DNA of 64,000 nucleotides, from the NCBI GenBank assembly GCA_965178125.1, contig OZ237758.1, positions 620,001-684,000 on the forward strand, in the 5' to 3' direction. Position numbers and translations under genes: made by a program. Shown in pieces: positions 35,761 to 49,780 of this stretch. The notes under the pieces are model-generated. The model saw nothing but the letters and a program-made list of their open reading frames with translations. It was not told where the DNA came from and did no database searches. The DNA is from Bilabrum cf. latius (Eukaryota). Within the stretch, counting starts at the first letter, position 1, and each line of letters begins with the position of its first letter.

Positions 35761-37989
35761 TTAATCTGATTCACTGGAATCGACGTCATCGGCCGATTCA
35801 CTGTCCTCCTGTGCCTCTCCCTCCGCTCCTTCGTCGTCCGAGTTGACCAACCGGACAATACCGAGCTGCATTAGCCTTCGCAGCAGTGCCCCGGCCTGCG
35901 GACCGCTCATGTCCCCGGGTGGCCCTCCCCCGCGACCTGCGCCAGGCGCACCGCCGCCCCCCTCCCCATCCTCGTCACTCGCCGGAGGTGGCACGTGCTT
36001 CCACTCCTGCTCCCATGGGTCGTGGTGCCTCCACGACACCTTCGTGCGCTGCACCCGCTCGAGCCCCGCGCGCCCTCCCCTCCCCCTCCCCCTCCGCCCC
36101 GCCAGCCGGGCAGACCGCCGCGCCCCACGCCTGGCAGCAGGCACGTCGCTCGCCTCCTCATCTTCATCCCTGAAATCGCTGTCACCATCCCCTTCCCCAT
36201 ATTCATCTTCATCGCTAGCGGCGTCACCCGGGTACCTACGCTGGTACGAGCTCACCGTGTGCCCCCTGGGCGACTGTTCCTTGGCCTCATACAGCCTCAC
36301 GCAGCCATCGAAGGACGCTGTAGCGAGGAGGGGCAGGGTCGGGTGCCAGCTGACATCGCGAACGGTGGATCGGCTGGAGGCCAGTCGGCACACTACTTCC
36401 CCTGTCATGGCATCCCACACATGCACCTTGCCGTCCGCAGACCCGCTGTAGATGTACTGCTGCCCCGTGCTGCGAGCCGGGCTGTAGTAGCATCGGATCA
36501 GCGTCTCGGCCACGGAGTGCCCTCGCAGGGTGAGGATGCTCCTGTCGTGCTTGTGCTTCCACGGCTGCCCATACCCCGGGAAATCGCCCCAGCGGTAGTC
36601 GTAGGCGGCGAAAGGACTCTCCACCTCGGGCAATTCGTCGAACTGCGAGCTGGAATACATGCGCCGAATGTCCCACACCTTGCACGTGTTGTCCTTGGCG
36701 TTGCTGATCAAGTACCTCCCGTCTTCCCTGGAGCAAAGGCTGGTGATCCCATTCCCGTGCCCTGGCAAGATGCCCTATGCTTGCGTGCTCCTTCCCATGA
36801 CCCTCCTGTCAAACACCTTGATCAGAGTGTCGTCAGACCCGCTGGCCACGAGGTGAGGGCTGTGGTCCATGTCCAGGAAGGTCACCGCGTTGATGTCGTC
36901 CTTGTGGGCCAGCTGCTGCGCCACTGTGGCGCGCCGCTCCACGTCGTACACCATCACACACTCGTTGCTGCAGCCGGCGACCACCTCCCGACCGCCCGCT
37001 GACAGCTTGGCGCACCACGTCCCAAACTCCCTCCGTGACCCCCTTCTGCCCCCTTGGCGAGAAGATGCCGCGTGGCCCGGCATGTTTTGCAGCTCCAAAG
37101 TCTCGTCCATCTCGTATTCTCCCCGCACGTTGCACAGATGCATCCTTGGGTTGATCGTCGTGTACAGGACGAATCGATCGTCCGTGGTTGCGTCCACGCT
37201 GGTGATGGTCCACTGGATTTCCTCCGCCTCGATCTCCTTGATGGGATGCATGTGGGAAGAAGTCGCGTCCATCACGGCGATCTTGTGGTCCTACGATGCC
37301 GCGAGGAGAAGATCGCCCGACCTGGAGAACTGTGCCGCGTACATGCGCGAGTGCATGGACGGCACGAGGTCCTACTTGAGCAGGTGCGTCGGGATCATGC
37401 GGCCGCCCGAGTAGTGAGCGGCGCTGCGGGTCATCCTCCCTGTCAATTTACGGTGCGATAAAATAGACTGGACTGGGACGCCAAAGTCCGCGATCGCCGG
37501 GCGTTCAAGCCGGCGTTCTCCCTCTGCCGTGGTGGGAGGCTCCTCCAATCCATCCTGGTCGCTTTCCTCAGTCATCGGCGCGCCTCCCGAACCTGACCCG
37601 GCAGAAGAGTCTGCTGATTCTGCAACATCCGGCTTCGACGTCTGCGCTGCCCGCGTCCCATCTTCTGCACGACCCGGATCCGCTGCTGCAGACGTCACGG
37701 CTTCTGCGCTCGCGTGCAGGCACTTTCTAGCTTCTGGCGAGAGATGCTTCTCAGCGAAAACAGAACATACGCCTCTTTGCCTGGCATAATCCATGAAATA
37801 TTCACTGGCTCGAAGATCGGCCTTCTGCTGTTGCTCAAACGAGTGTATATTCACCCCAGGCCTTCTTTCATTTCCACCGACTGCCACGCCACGACTTTGA
37901 CCCCCATCCTCGTCACCACCGAGACCCATAGCCTATGCGCGAGCAAGAAGCTAAAAAATACTCATCATATTCCTTCCTCCGCCCGACAT
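35761..37989 (-). CDS. DCAF11: WD40 protein DCAF11/WDR23 (LEC14B-like), CUL4-DDB1 substrate receptor
   Basis: Single frame with TAG at 37951, 37933, 37372, 37291 and 36775. Motifs AAQFSRSGDLLLAAS*D, WTIT, AHKDDINAV, SGSDD..IKVFDRR, DGRYLISNAKD, YDYRW, GHSVAETLIRC, TGQQYIYSGS and VRDVSWHP. Ends at TAA. Confidence 0.9.
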
Positions 37990-38142
37990 TGATGTGGATC
38001 TGTCACACTGCAGATGTGGCGAAACCACGTCGCCAAGTGCAACTAGAAGCGGAACAAGTGGCGCCGCGCATATCAAAAAAATTGACGGTTCTTGAACATC
38101 TCGTGTCGCGCAGTAGGAATATGTGTCTTTTCGATATACTAT

Positions 38143-40271
38143 TCAGTCTTTCTTCCGGCGAGAACTTGTCCTCCTGCTGGACCTTCGCTTCTTCTGTGGT
38201 GGGGGCTTATCATCTGCACTACCATGCCCTGCATCGTCTCGGTCGGCGTCGCCCTCGTCCACCACAGACCCCTTCCCTCCTTTTGAGCCTGTCTTGCCAC
38301 CAGCAGCAGGTGCACGTGCTGCGGCCTCGCTCCCATCCGCTTCTGCCAAGTTGCCGCCACTGCCAGCTCCAGCACCCGCAGCACCGCTAGGCATAGTGGC
38401 TGCTGTGCCAGCTAACATATCCTCCTCATCGCCATCCTCATCCTCATCCTCATCCTCACCATCACGGTGGCCATCACCACGAAGACCTGTCACAGCACCA
38501 GCCCCGACGCTTGGCCTGCCCGCTTGACCATCCGCCCCGAGGCGGATAGTCGCTGCTGTCTTGTCTCCATCCCCGTCCCCGGCCCCGGCCCCGGCCCCGT
38601 GAGTCGCCCCCTCCAACCCCGGTGCAGCGCCCATCCCCTGACCCTGAGACGTTCTCATGAAACTCTCGGGCTGTGCACCCTCCCCCGATGCCATGGGTAT
38701 GGATCCTATCCCACTCACCTCCCCGGCCCTGACGGAATGGGCATGGGCCTGTCTGCCGGCACCAGGCAAAGTACCGCCCCCCGACATGGACAGGCTGTGT
38801 TCACCCGCTGCTTCCGGTTTATCATTGGTATGACCACCGCTGCCTGACCTAGACCCGCTTGCTTTCGCAGCGGAGGCACCTGCTGCGGCAGTGCTTGGCG
38901 GGGCAGACACCGGGCCCCGTTGACTACTACCGCTCGACGCAGCAGCAGCCGATCCCGCAGGGGCCCGAGGTGTCCCTCCACTGCCCCTTGCAGAACCCGT
39001 GCCAGTGGTGTTACTTCCGGTGCCTGTGGTGGTGCTGCCGTCCTCCTCGTCCTCCATGGTAACCAGCACCAAATCCGCATAGAAAGAAGCGTGAGACGCG
39101 GCACTCCCGGCGAGCGTGCTGGTGCTCACTAGCACCGGGTACCCCGGCTGCTCAAAGAACAGAGCCACCTGCGGGTCATCTGGGTTGGCCTGCTCGCAGA
39201 GAGATAGCATTGCCCTGAACTCCTTCAACGAGAAGGTGATTTCCACGCTGTACGGCTAGGGGGGTGTCCTCCCCCTCCTGACTTCCTCCTCCGTGGGCAC
39301 GTGCTCCACCGCGTGTGCCTTGTTCACGATGACGTCCTGGAGCTCTGCCACGTCCACGCGGATGGAAGACTGCATGAGATCTGGGCTTCGGAGGGCGTCC
39401 ACGGACTGAGGCTTGTCGAACGTGGCGCCTGCTGCGTATGTTCGCAGCTCAACAAACCTGGGGCCGGCTTCCAGGGTGATTTCCTGCCTGGACTTGATCG
39501 TCTCGGCGTACTGGCCCAAGCTGACAGGCGCGCCCACAATGCTGCTAAAAGGGGGAATCGACGTCCATTTGGGCGTGCAACATTTGCATAGAGTGCTTGG
39601 ATCTGGTTGTAGCAATGCCACCGAGCGATCGAAATAGAATATGCACTCACCAGTGCGGTGCTCGGGTCCGGTCGAAGGATGCATGCTGAATACCGCACGG
39701 TTCGTAAGAAAACTGATGCGTGCGTACCACGCCGTGCTTGCATTCCATCTAAACTACTATGTAATGAGTCGCGCGTTGCTTTTCGAAGGACATTCGCGCT
39801 CGTTCCACAGTCCGAAGCGACCGCAGTACGGTAAGTATGGATCGCACGGGAAACTTGCACATAACACTTTCGGTGGGAGAAGCACCGATTTCGAACTGGT
39901 CAAAGAAACCTGCGGTTAACAAAATGCAGGCTAGATGTTGAACATCGAGTGCCTCGAAGTCCAAACAGAACGCAAGCATTGCTTCGCCTTACTGGTGCTC
40001 AAGTAGAATGCGCCAAAGGCGTTCTTGGCATCGCTCAGGGATCGGAGGATAACCTGCTAAGTATTATGCAAATTACAGGCACGCGGAGAGTTAAAGACGT
40101 TCGATAGCTTGGGTCCCGAAGCAGTCGAGAGTTGCTCACTCCTGTATTTTTCGCTTCAAAAAAGAGTTCTTTCCCAATCTTTGCTGCACAGCCACATATC
40201 TATGCAAATAATCGCAACTATTTTTTCTCCAGTAAAACGCGAAATTTAGAAAATGCCTGCGAACTCGACAT
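38143..40271 (-). CDS. RAD9: Checkpoint clamp subunit RAD9 (9-1-1), multi-exon
   Basis: Motifs AAKIGKELFFE, VILRSLSDAKNAFGAF, FFDQF, CKFPVRSILTVLRS and EITFSLKEFRAMLSLCE...FEQPGYP, followed by a long disordered tail. In-frame TAGs occur in exon 1 and at 39256. Internal exon limits are not fully resolved. Confidence 0.85.
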
Positions 40272-40417
40272 GCAAGGAGCGAATGATTGTAGTTGCATTT
40301 AAGTTCGAGCAAGTGCGTAGACACACGCAACAAACACCAATAAATACGATTTATTGGACGGAGAGCCAGCTCTACATTGTAGAGCTTTTCCGTGCAATAC
40401 AGAGGGTCAGGGCTAGA

Positions 40418-43400
40418 ATGGGACGACGCATTGCAAAACTTATACTACTAGTTTTGGTTGTGACGGTCGCCGTTACGACAAGTCGAGCAGACGAGAGCCA
40501 GCCCGGGAAACCATCAATAGCCGGGCAAGCCGCGCTCCATGAGTTGTTGACAAGCATTTGGGAATCGCACGGACTTGATGGTACTTCTGTTTTGACAAGT
40601 ACAGAAGTTCAAGCTGCTTCTCCGTTGCCTGGAGGAGCGCAGGCCTTCGTACTCGGAAGCAGAGGCTGTGGCTCCACCTTTAGGTTAGCCCAGTCGAACG
40701 CGGCTCCCATAACAGGCAAGGATTCTGCAACTGATGGCTGCACTGATATCGAATCTCCCAATTTCAAAAAGAAGTGGGCGTCCATGGTTCACTCGCTTGC
40801 GGTGAAGACGTAGAGAGAGCACGTTCGTGCCAAACCGCAGCCACTGCGGTGGCTTGATACGGCCCTTGCGCCCAGAGATGGACCTCTTCCCGTTGCAGCA
40901 AAAGATGTGTCGTACTTGTGTCGTTAGGACAAATTCACAGGCCACATTGACTGTGTGAAGGAGCAGCATGCTCCCGTAGTCGAAGTTCACGTCCCGATCG
41001 ACCTGCCTGCAGCGAGCGCAACGGAAGCAGCGTAGTCCCTGTGCGAGCCACCTTCATAGCAAGAGGTGGAATGTTCCCATGCAGAGGCGCTGCCAGGCAT
41101 AAGCGGTGCCGGCACGGCGCACCTGCACGTCGACTGCGGTTGCTCAGCCACCGGCCAGGAATCGCCCACGATGCGGTTCGCGACGGTTGCCTCCTCCCAC
41201 AGCGCGGGGGCGCGGTCTGCTCTGCAGGCCACTCGAGCTGCTGCCCGGCAGCTCTTTGGACACAAGGCATGGGCTGCCATTCAGGCCACGCTCGGTGTCG
41301 GGGGGCACGCAGCACGCGGCAAGAATCAGGCGGAGGCCAGCGGGCGTGGTGCTTAGGCAGCGCATGGGGACGGCAGCGAGGCGGGGCTTGGTGAGGGCGA
41401 TAGCCAGGACTTAGGAAGCAGTAGCGGGAGAAAGTGCCACTGTGAGATTGATTACCAGCACGGTCAGGCGGAATCTGCAGCGAGCAATGGAACGGTCGAA
41501 GCCAGCAAACCCGCAGGCATCAAGCCGGTACTCAAGTGCCAGTGTCTGCTCCCACAGCAGCTAACCGACGTTGAAAGTGAGAGTCTCGAGAAAGGCAAAG
41601 CTCGAGGGAACAGCGCGGCAGCCAAGGCAGCCAGGGAAGCCGGTGGGGCCCTGGAGGCGCAGCTGAATAGGACGACGGGGCCTAGCGCCGACATTGCGAA
41701 GAACTCCACCGTGGATGGCCATACAAGAGAGCGCGGGAATACAACGGCACCCCTGGAAGACGAACACGACGCAGCAGCAACGAATCTGAACGCCACTGGT
41801 GCTGCCAACCCGTTCGGGTTCCTGCCCGGCGAGCTCAGGGCGATACTGAGCAGGGAGGTGGTCGTGTCGACCGCCACGCAGAGGCTTCGAGGGACCCTCT
41901 ACAAGGTGTGGGCTGCAGTGCAGCAGGAGGAGAGAGCGGCGGCCGAGGCACTGGGCACGGCGCAAAAGTTCCTCGCAGCGTCTGCCTCCGAGCCCATGAC
42001 TGGCCCGGGTGTCGAGGGGTGGCCGCGAGGGGCGGTGGCCGGTGGTCCGCAGCAAGACGAAAAGGTGCTGAATGCAGCCGCAGGGGTGGCTGGGGCCGGC
42101 ATCACAGCCATCGTGTCGGCTGACGCTCCCCGTGATGCGTTCGCTTTGGTGCTGGCAGACGCGCCTGAGGTCTCGAGCATCCCGGCCGCTGCGGCTGCAC
42201 TGGCTTCGCTTGCCCCTCTGCTGCCCGCACGCACGTCGGCAGCTCGGTCGCACGTGGTGGCGGTGGGCGGACTCCTCGGCGAGGTGGCCAGTGCCATGGA
42301 GGGGCTGGAAAAGTCCGACCGACGCATCGCGCGAGCGGTGGTGGAAGGTGGTTGTGACCCTGAACAGTTCTCCTCGGCTCATGCAAGCCAGTCGCACGGC
42401 GAGGGCAGGAGGTCCCTTGCCGCCGTGGGCATCGATGCGAGCGGAGAGGCGGCGTGGACGTAGGAGTCTGCTGCTAGGTTTGCGATGCACTGCCTCAGCA
42501 AAGGACAGGAGATTGGTGCAAAGCAGCGTAAGGCATCGCACCTGGACGGGTCTGGCTCCGCGGTGGTGCCCGGGTAGAGCGAATCCAGCGGCAGCTCTCA
42601 GTCGAGGTATGGCCCGGATGACGCCGAGAAAGCCGGCTTGCGGAGCGCTCACCTGCCTGACGTCATCGTGGTGCGTGCGGCACAGCTGCTTGTGACCCTG
42701 GGACAGACCATGCACAGGCTGCGTGTCGCTGCGGCGCGGTCCGCGGTGATTGCCAACACAGACGAGCAGGTGGCGCAGGCCGCGATCGGCGCACTGCCCA
42801 TGCCCCTGCCCTCATTCCGTAGGGAGGACGGGAACGGCGGCAGGACGGCAGCGCCAGGGCTCGAAGGAGGGCATGGGAGCGGGGCTGCACGATCGTCGAC
42901 CGGGGCGCTGCACTTTGTGAACGGCACGGATGCAGGCATGTGCGCGGCGTGGCCCACCTGCCTGTCCATGCTCGGGGGTGCTCCGCTGTAGGGCTGGCTC
43001 AAGGATAGGATCCGCCAGGAGGCCGGCTTCGCCATGCCGCCGCCTGGGGCGTGCGTGGACGGCGAGCAGGAGCAGGACGGCGGTGCGACTCCCGGCGTCG
43101 CGGACGGGCACCCTATGTCCCCATCCCCCGAGGTAATCGGCGCCTCTCTCGCGCGTGCCGGCAGCGGGGCTCGGAGCAGCGCGAAGCCTGCAGGTGTGGG
43201 GCAGTCCTTGCTGTCCCTCGCTGCTCAGGCTGCTTTGCAGAAGAAGCCAGGGCAGGGCGGTACGTCTTCATCTGGGAAGCAGGGCAAGAAGACCAGTGAC
43301 AGCAAGGGTGGCGGCAGCAGCAGTGCGGCCGCCGGTTGGGGCAAGTCTGGGCTTGCCTCCCTGCAAAAGTGGTGCGACAGCGGACAGCCGCAGCACATCG

Positions 43401-46400
43401 GCGGCGTGGTGTCAAGGCAGGCAGCAGCGCTCCTGCTCACCCTGAGGTACCACGTGAAGCACGCCAGCAGCAAGCAGCAGAAGCTAGAGGTGCCGAAGGT
43501 TGGTCCCATGGACGTGCACGTAGAGAAGATTACTGGCCCTGCCGCTCTGGACGCAGAGACGGCAGTTGACAGGTGGCAGCGAGCCAAAGCAGCGCTAGCG
43601 AAAGCAAAGCGCGCCGTGCACGACTCAAGCAAAGCCACGGACACTGCCAGTGAACCTCACGAGGACGAGGAGGCTGCACTTCATGAGGCAAATAGGGATC
43701 CTGCCGCCGTGCTGCTGCAGACCAATGCCAGGCTCCGCGGTGCAGCTGCGGGCGGCTCCGGCAACAGTGTCCGAACGAACCGTCACAGGGAACACACGTC
43801 GTCTGCGGTTGCCTCCGTCCTTGACGATGCTGGATCTGCTGCGCTGGCCGATGCCGCTGCCGGGGTCAGTGCGGAGCACCTCCTGGCTCAGCTGCTGGAT
43901 GGCGGTGCTGTCCTTGATCAGTTGGACGACGAGGCCCGCGCCCAGGGTACTACGGGTGGGATGCGATTCCGAGCCACTCGGAGCGGTGCCGCGCTGGGAG
44001 AAGATGCCACCGGGACGGGCGATGGTGCGATCAGCGTGGTGGACGAGTCTGCAGCAGAAGAGGGCGAGCCCGGCGAGCCCGGTTCCACAGTGGTGCACTT
44101 TCAGATCGACATGCCCGAGCACCCGAGCGGCATGCTGCTGCGGCTTCCCCCCGGGTTCCTGGACAAGCTCGTAACCATGGCGGGCGAGGATGGTGGTGCG
44201 AGCGGCGAGGACCAGCGGGAGACGAGCCAAGGGCACGCGGGGCGGCTGCACCTGTCGCCAGAGAGGGAGGAATCGATCCGGAGGTCGCTCGCCTCGCTGG
44301 CCGTGCGGGCAAACGGCACCCTCAACTGCCTGTGCCAGCACGCCGGCGTGCCAGCCGTCGGGATGGGTCCGTGGCTCCTGTACGCCCAGGGAGACCGGCC
44401 TGCATCCAACGAGCCGAGCACCGGAGTGCACGCCGCCGATGCGGCGTCCTTGCTGGAAATGGCTGCTGCTGGAGCCCCCGCAGAGCCTGAGAATGGCAAG
44501 GGAAACGCGGCCAGCAAGCCACCTGGCTAGAGCGCGAACGGTACCATCGCGAAGACCACGACAACAAAGACGACCACCACCGTGAGCTTGCGTGACGGGG
44601 AAGATGCAGCATCAGAGCTGGACGCTGCTGGCTGGCAGCAGTCTGACGAGCGCCAACCCGCCGACCCCGAGCTAGAGGCGGACCGGTACGGGCTGTCCGA
44701 GGACCCTGCCTGGATCCGAGGCAACGAGACAGCGAATCCAGAGCAGGACGCGATGGCGGTGCGCCTGACCGCAAGCCTGCTGTCCCCTGCGCCACGAGGC
44801 ATCGCGCTGCTGGCCGGCTCCGCTCTGCTGCAGCAGCCTGTGGCCGAAGCGTCCGCACGGCTGCTTCGTGACGGAGACGCTGTTGACGCACAGCTGGCTG
44901 CAGCGAACTGCCCCCTGCCTGAAGGCATCGCCACCCCGCTGCTGACTTTCCTTCGGGACGAGGCAATTCGGTCCAGCCTGTGGCCATCGAGGGTGCCCCC
45001 TGGTGTGAAGGGCCTAGGCACCAGGGAAGCCAGCAACGAGACCGCAGTGGCCGCCACCGTCCTCGACGACCTGCTTTAGAAGAAATCGCCAGTCTCATCC
45101 GCCACCATGGGCATGGCCTTCATCGCCGGCGACAGGATGCAGCTGCCCCCTGCCACCGAGGAGCAGACGGCGCGATGGGTGAAGGAGGCAGCTGAGAGGT
45201 GGCGGGCAGGCTTGGCGAAGGAGAGGACGGACATTGAGAGCACTCTCACAGAGGTCAGGAATGGCGGGGCGCAGGCAGCGGCAGACCGTGGTGTGGCCTG
45301 GCCCTTCCCCGCCGACCTGGTTGGCGGGTCAAGCAAGCCGGAGGGAGTGAGCGACGCGCAGTGGGCCATGGCGCAGGAGGCCTCCATGCTGCAGGCAGAG
45401 CGAGCCAGGCTGGAGAAGCTCCTCGCTGAACGGGTGGCCAAGCTGCTTGAGGGTCTCAGGCGGGCAAAGGACGCCGCGGATGAGGCGGCCAACGAAGCAG
45501 ATGCGCAGGCGCAGGCATCCAGGAAGCGCATCGCTGCGGCTGGCAGCAGCGCGGCACAGGCGCAGCGCACTCTCAGGCAGCAGCTATCTGATGCGGCAGA
45601 GGCCAAAGCGATTCTCGAGGCCGGCGGCATGACGGACCACGACACGGCTGCGGCTCGCAGGTGCAGGGGTCATGACCCGGCCCATCCAGCGGATGCAAGA
45701 GTGATCCAAGCCGCGAAGGAGCTGGCGGGGGCGTACGAGGAGCTCGCAGCGGCGAGGGAGGCAGCTGGTGGCGAAGCAGTGGATGGTATTGGGAACGATG
45801 GCGCGGGCGCCAGCGACAATGGGGACGAGCAGGCGGACGCCAGCAGCAGGAAGCACGGTCTGCTGGCTGCAGAGACCAAGGTGATGGCGACTGAGCTGGC
45901 TCACGAGCAGGCGATGCAGTCGTGTGTCGCCAGGGCAGCGGGAGCCGGAGGGGGAGCGGGCGACGACGGCGAGGATCAGCCGCCACCACCCACGCTGGCA
46001 AGCGCCAATGGCACCAGCGGAGCAGAAGCGGCGCTCGCTGCCGCCAAGGAGGCGGGCAAGCGGCTGAAGGCCTCCAAGGCGGCCCTGGCGAAAGAAAGGA
46101 GGCTCTGGGAGGAGGCCGTGGTGAGGCTCGTGCGCCCAAGGACGTGCCTGCAGCTCCAGTCGCTCGCCACCGGTGCTCCCAGCGGGCTGTACACCGTGTT
46201 CCCGCCGGGCGAAGGGGACTTCCAGGGCGTGCGGGTGTTCTGCGACATGGAGTCCGATGGGGGCGGCTGGACGCTGATCGGGTGGGGCCCGGAGGGCAGC
46301 ATCGGCGGCCCCTTGGGTCTGTCCGGGGGGGATGAGGGGGTTGGAGAAGGGGGCTCGCCTGCAGACAAGGGCTCCCCCTCCCCGCTGGACAGGTCCAGGC

Positions 46401-47182
46401 CTGGGAGAGTGAACGCCCTCTGGCTCGTGGAGGCGTCTGCGGAGATGGGCATCAGCTGGATAGAGGCCTAGGAAGAGGATGAAGAGGAGGGGCGTGATCA
46501 GGACGAGCGGGGTAGTGGCGCCGGCAATGCCACAGCGCCTGCTATGGACGAGTCCAACGACACTGCGACCGTGACCTCTAAGCGAAACCGCGCGGCGAGT
46601 GCAAAGAAAGCAGCCGCGCTGTCGCAGGCCGGCATGTCTCAGTACGGGAGCACCGTGGCCATCTCCATCCCCTCCCCCGGAAGGACCGATCTCAGCCTGA
46701 GCCCCGCGCCGCCGAAGCAGTCCTGCAGCGACGATCGGGGGGACTACGCAGTGGCGAGGGTTCGGTGCATGAGTGGGACCTATGGGGCGAACAGCAGCGG
46801 CAGTGAGCCGGGTCGGGGAACTGATGACTCGGAGTGCCCCTTTCCTGCGCGCATGTACACGGGTGCCACCTCGCTTGGAGTATGCAGCGGTCACGCGTAC
46901 GGGGCTGTGCTCATGGGTGGCGGGCCGAAGGACGCGTGCGATGGACCCCTGCTCGCAGGTGAGGCTGCAAATAGTTAGAAGAAGGATTCGTCCTCAGAGT
47001 AGGAGAAAGAGAAGGGGAAGGATAGTGGCAAGAAGAGTGGACGTGACGATGAGGATCTTCGCGTCGTCCCGGACGGGATGGGCATATTTGTCGGCGTGGA
47101 CGAGACGCCAGGGTGCTCCGGAGTCTCTGGCGAGGATAGGAAGGTTCATAGGCTCTCTCATGTTGCGGTGTGGGTTCGGTGA
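40418..47182 (+). CDS. Giant (~2250 aa) secreted protein with coiled coil and C-terminal fibrinogen-related (FReD-like) domain
   Basis: Signal peptide MGRRIAKLILLVLVVTVAVTTSRA. One frame joins eight track ORFs through TAGs. Contains PRTC...PSGLYTV...VFCDMESDGGGWTLI and ends HVAVWVR-TGA. Confidence 0.72.
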
Positions 47183-47298
47183 TTTGTTTTTAGTCAGGAA
47201 GTTAGGGTTTACTACTTGGCTAGTGCATATTATGTTCGTGGTTCCGGTCCTGCTTTAGAAGATTCTCTAGTGGCGGGATTGCACGGTAGAAGAGAGGT

Positions 47299-49606
47299 AT
47301 GAAATTCTCCACTTTCGGCATAGCTGTTGCAGTTCCCCTATTGTGTGGGAACTTGGCGCGGGGAGCTCCCGTCCTTGACATAGGCACTGTAGGCCCAATC
47401 CTCGGCCCTTCTGGCAAGCCTATGAATCTGCTGTACATCATCTGTGACGATCTTCGGCCGCAACTGGAACCTTACAATATCTCAGAGTGAGTTGAATGGC
47501 AAGACGGATTGTGGTTGCGCTGGAGAGCCGTGCGGCATCGCTGCGTTTGGTCAGCAGCAAGACTATGGCTGGGCGCTCTTGTACCGTTGAATTCGCAGCC
47601 CCGCGCATGTAAAAACACCAAACCTGGCCAAGTTTGCAAAGTCAGCAACCATATTCAAGCGGGCTTACGTGCAGCAAGCCGTCTGTAGCCGTAAGATACC
47701 ATGCCTAGGAGTCACCGTGATCGTCGTGCAAGAACTGCAGGACGTGCACTGAATACTCGAACATTCCTGATCTCCCATCTCCTCTTGAGACATGTATCTC
47801 TTGCAATTGTCTTGTGTCTTGCAGCTTCACGAAACAGCTTCCTGTCCGGACGGCTGCCACAGAATACAAAGATCTGGAACTTCAAGGGCTCATTCCGAAC
47901 CACCAATGCCAGCTGGGTTACGATGCCCCAATACTTCAAGGACAAGCTGGGCTATCTCACAAATGAGCAGGGCAAGGTGTTTCACCCTGGCCATCCGGCG
48001 AAGTGAGGTCGCCCCAGCCACGCACCGCTAGAGCTGCGAAGCGCTGATGCTGGCGTGTCCGCCTGCCTCTGTCGAGCGCAACTGCGACACGTTTCTTAGC
48101 TGCTTTACTTTAGCCAAGCATGAGCCATAGTAAATACATCCTCGCAGTGAGGACGAGCCGTACAGCTGGACGCAGCCCAAGGACGGAGGCTTCCCGGCCT
48201 TCGACCCGAACCACCAGATCACTATCTGCGACAACCAGCCAGGCGATCCCCTGCAGCACCCCCTCAGCTGCGTGCTGCCAGAGAACAAGACAGTCGATCA
48301 CGTCCTGGCACAGTCCACAATCTCTCGCCTGCAGATCCTCGCCGAGAGACAGCGATCAGGCAAGGACACCAGGCCATGGGCCACCTTCCACGGCGCCCTC
48401 AAGCCGCACCCTTTCTGGGCGCTGCCCCAGTGGGCCTTCGACGAGTACCCCAGGGAACAAGTGCCTCTCCCCAAGCACATCGAGTGGATCGACAACGAGC
48501 CAGATCTGCCCTACCCCGAGTACTACTCATGCCACTCGATCGATGCTAGGAGCGAGGTGGCCGACAACAACCTCACCATCCTCCCGTACAAGCCGCTGCC
48601 CGACGACATCATCCGCAAGGTGCGGCAGGGTTACTTTGCAGGCGTAACGCACCTGGACCGCATGCTTGGCTCTATACTCGACGAGCTGGAGAGGCTGGGA
48701 CTGGAGAACGAGACGATCGTGTCTCTGCACGGAGATCACGGCTGGTGTGAGTATCGTATGCTGGCATGCTATTGTGACATATCACCTGATTGAGGTTATT
48801 TTAGCCTTCCAGTCATAGTTAATGGAGAGACTGTCGTAGGGAAACTAATACCTCGTGGTTGGAACTTAACTTGTCGTAGTCTGCGCACTTGTTGTCTCTA
48901 TTGAAACCCCAATGTCTCCCCCCTCGCAGCTCTCGGCGAGAACGCAATGTTCTGCAAGCAATCCACCACCGAGCTGCAGACTCGCACCCCGTGGATGATC
49001 CGCGTGCCTGGTCACACCAACGGGGGCGTGGTGGAGGACCCCGTCGAGATCGTGGACGCCTATGCCACCCTGGCTGACCTGGCTGCGGGTGCTGACGCGC
49101 ACTAGGACGAGGGCATCGACAGCAAGTCGCTGGCACGCGTGGTGCTGGATCCCACCCTGCCTGTCCCGGGGCCGATCCCGGGCAAAGAGGCGGTGGCGTT
49201 CAGCGTGTACCCCAGGTGCGAGAACGCCTCACTGGACGAGCTGGCAGCGGAGATCCCAGGCGAGCCCTCGATGGCCAGCTTGCGCGCCATTTTGCCGCCA
49301 GGGACGCCCGTGGGATACAACAACCCATGCACTGGCGTACCGCGGGAGCAATTCACGCACATGGGGCTGACTGTGCGCTCCAAGGACTGGAGGTACACGG
49401 AGTATCGGCACTGGGACGGTGGCAAGCTGGCTCCCAAGTTCAGCGTGGAGCCGGCGTCCGTGCAGCTGTACGACCACCGGGAGGACGACTGCACGAGCTT
49501 CGACGAGAACGGGGAGCAGTCGAATGTGGCAAAGGACCCGCAGTACGACAGCGTGGTGAACGAGCTGAAGGATCTGCTCAGGATCCGGTTCGACAAGGGA
49601 GCGTGA
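47299..49606 (+). CDS. Secreted sulfatase, iduronate-2-sulfatase/choline-sulfatase-like, copy A (5 exons)
   Basis: Signal peptide, then NLLYIICDDLRP, TPNL, AVCS|PSRNSFLSGR (formylglycine motif), GKVFH, KPH and GDHGW|SLGEN. In-frame TAG at 49103. Ends at TGA. Confidence 0.9.
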
Positions 49607-49780
49607 TACGTGAATGCACGATGACACGAACATAATTCAGAGTAGGATCCGATTGACAGCTGATGCCGACGATTGTGTTAAGTTTTGATATCTGATTGCT
49701 AGAACACAACTGGATGTATCAAATTATCACTGGCTGGCACTCATGCGCCATTCCTGAAAGAGGCAAGCAACGAGACCAGC

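Noticed and set aside
29274-35763. Ciliate-type code with both UAA and UAG as Gln
   Set aside because: I found no in-frame TAA inside any reconstructed CDS. TAA occurs at plausible C-termini followed by non-coding sequence.
34377-46894. Long antisense or overlapping ORFs in the track (e.g. 34377-35504, 35995-37002, 41561-42715, 45584-46894)
   Set aside because: They are expected in high-GC coding DNA, show no recognisable motifs, and lie opposite well-supported genes.
12251-47182. Interpreting the TAG-broken genes as pseudogenes or as many small separate ORFs
   Set aside because: Only TAG interrupts the frames, with no frameshifts, TAA or TGA. Essential genes such as separase and RAD9 are affected, and their catalytic motifs are intact.
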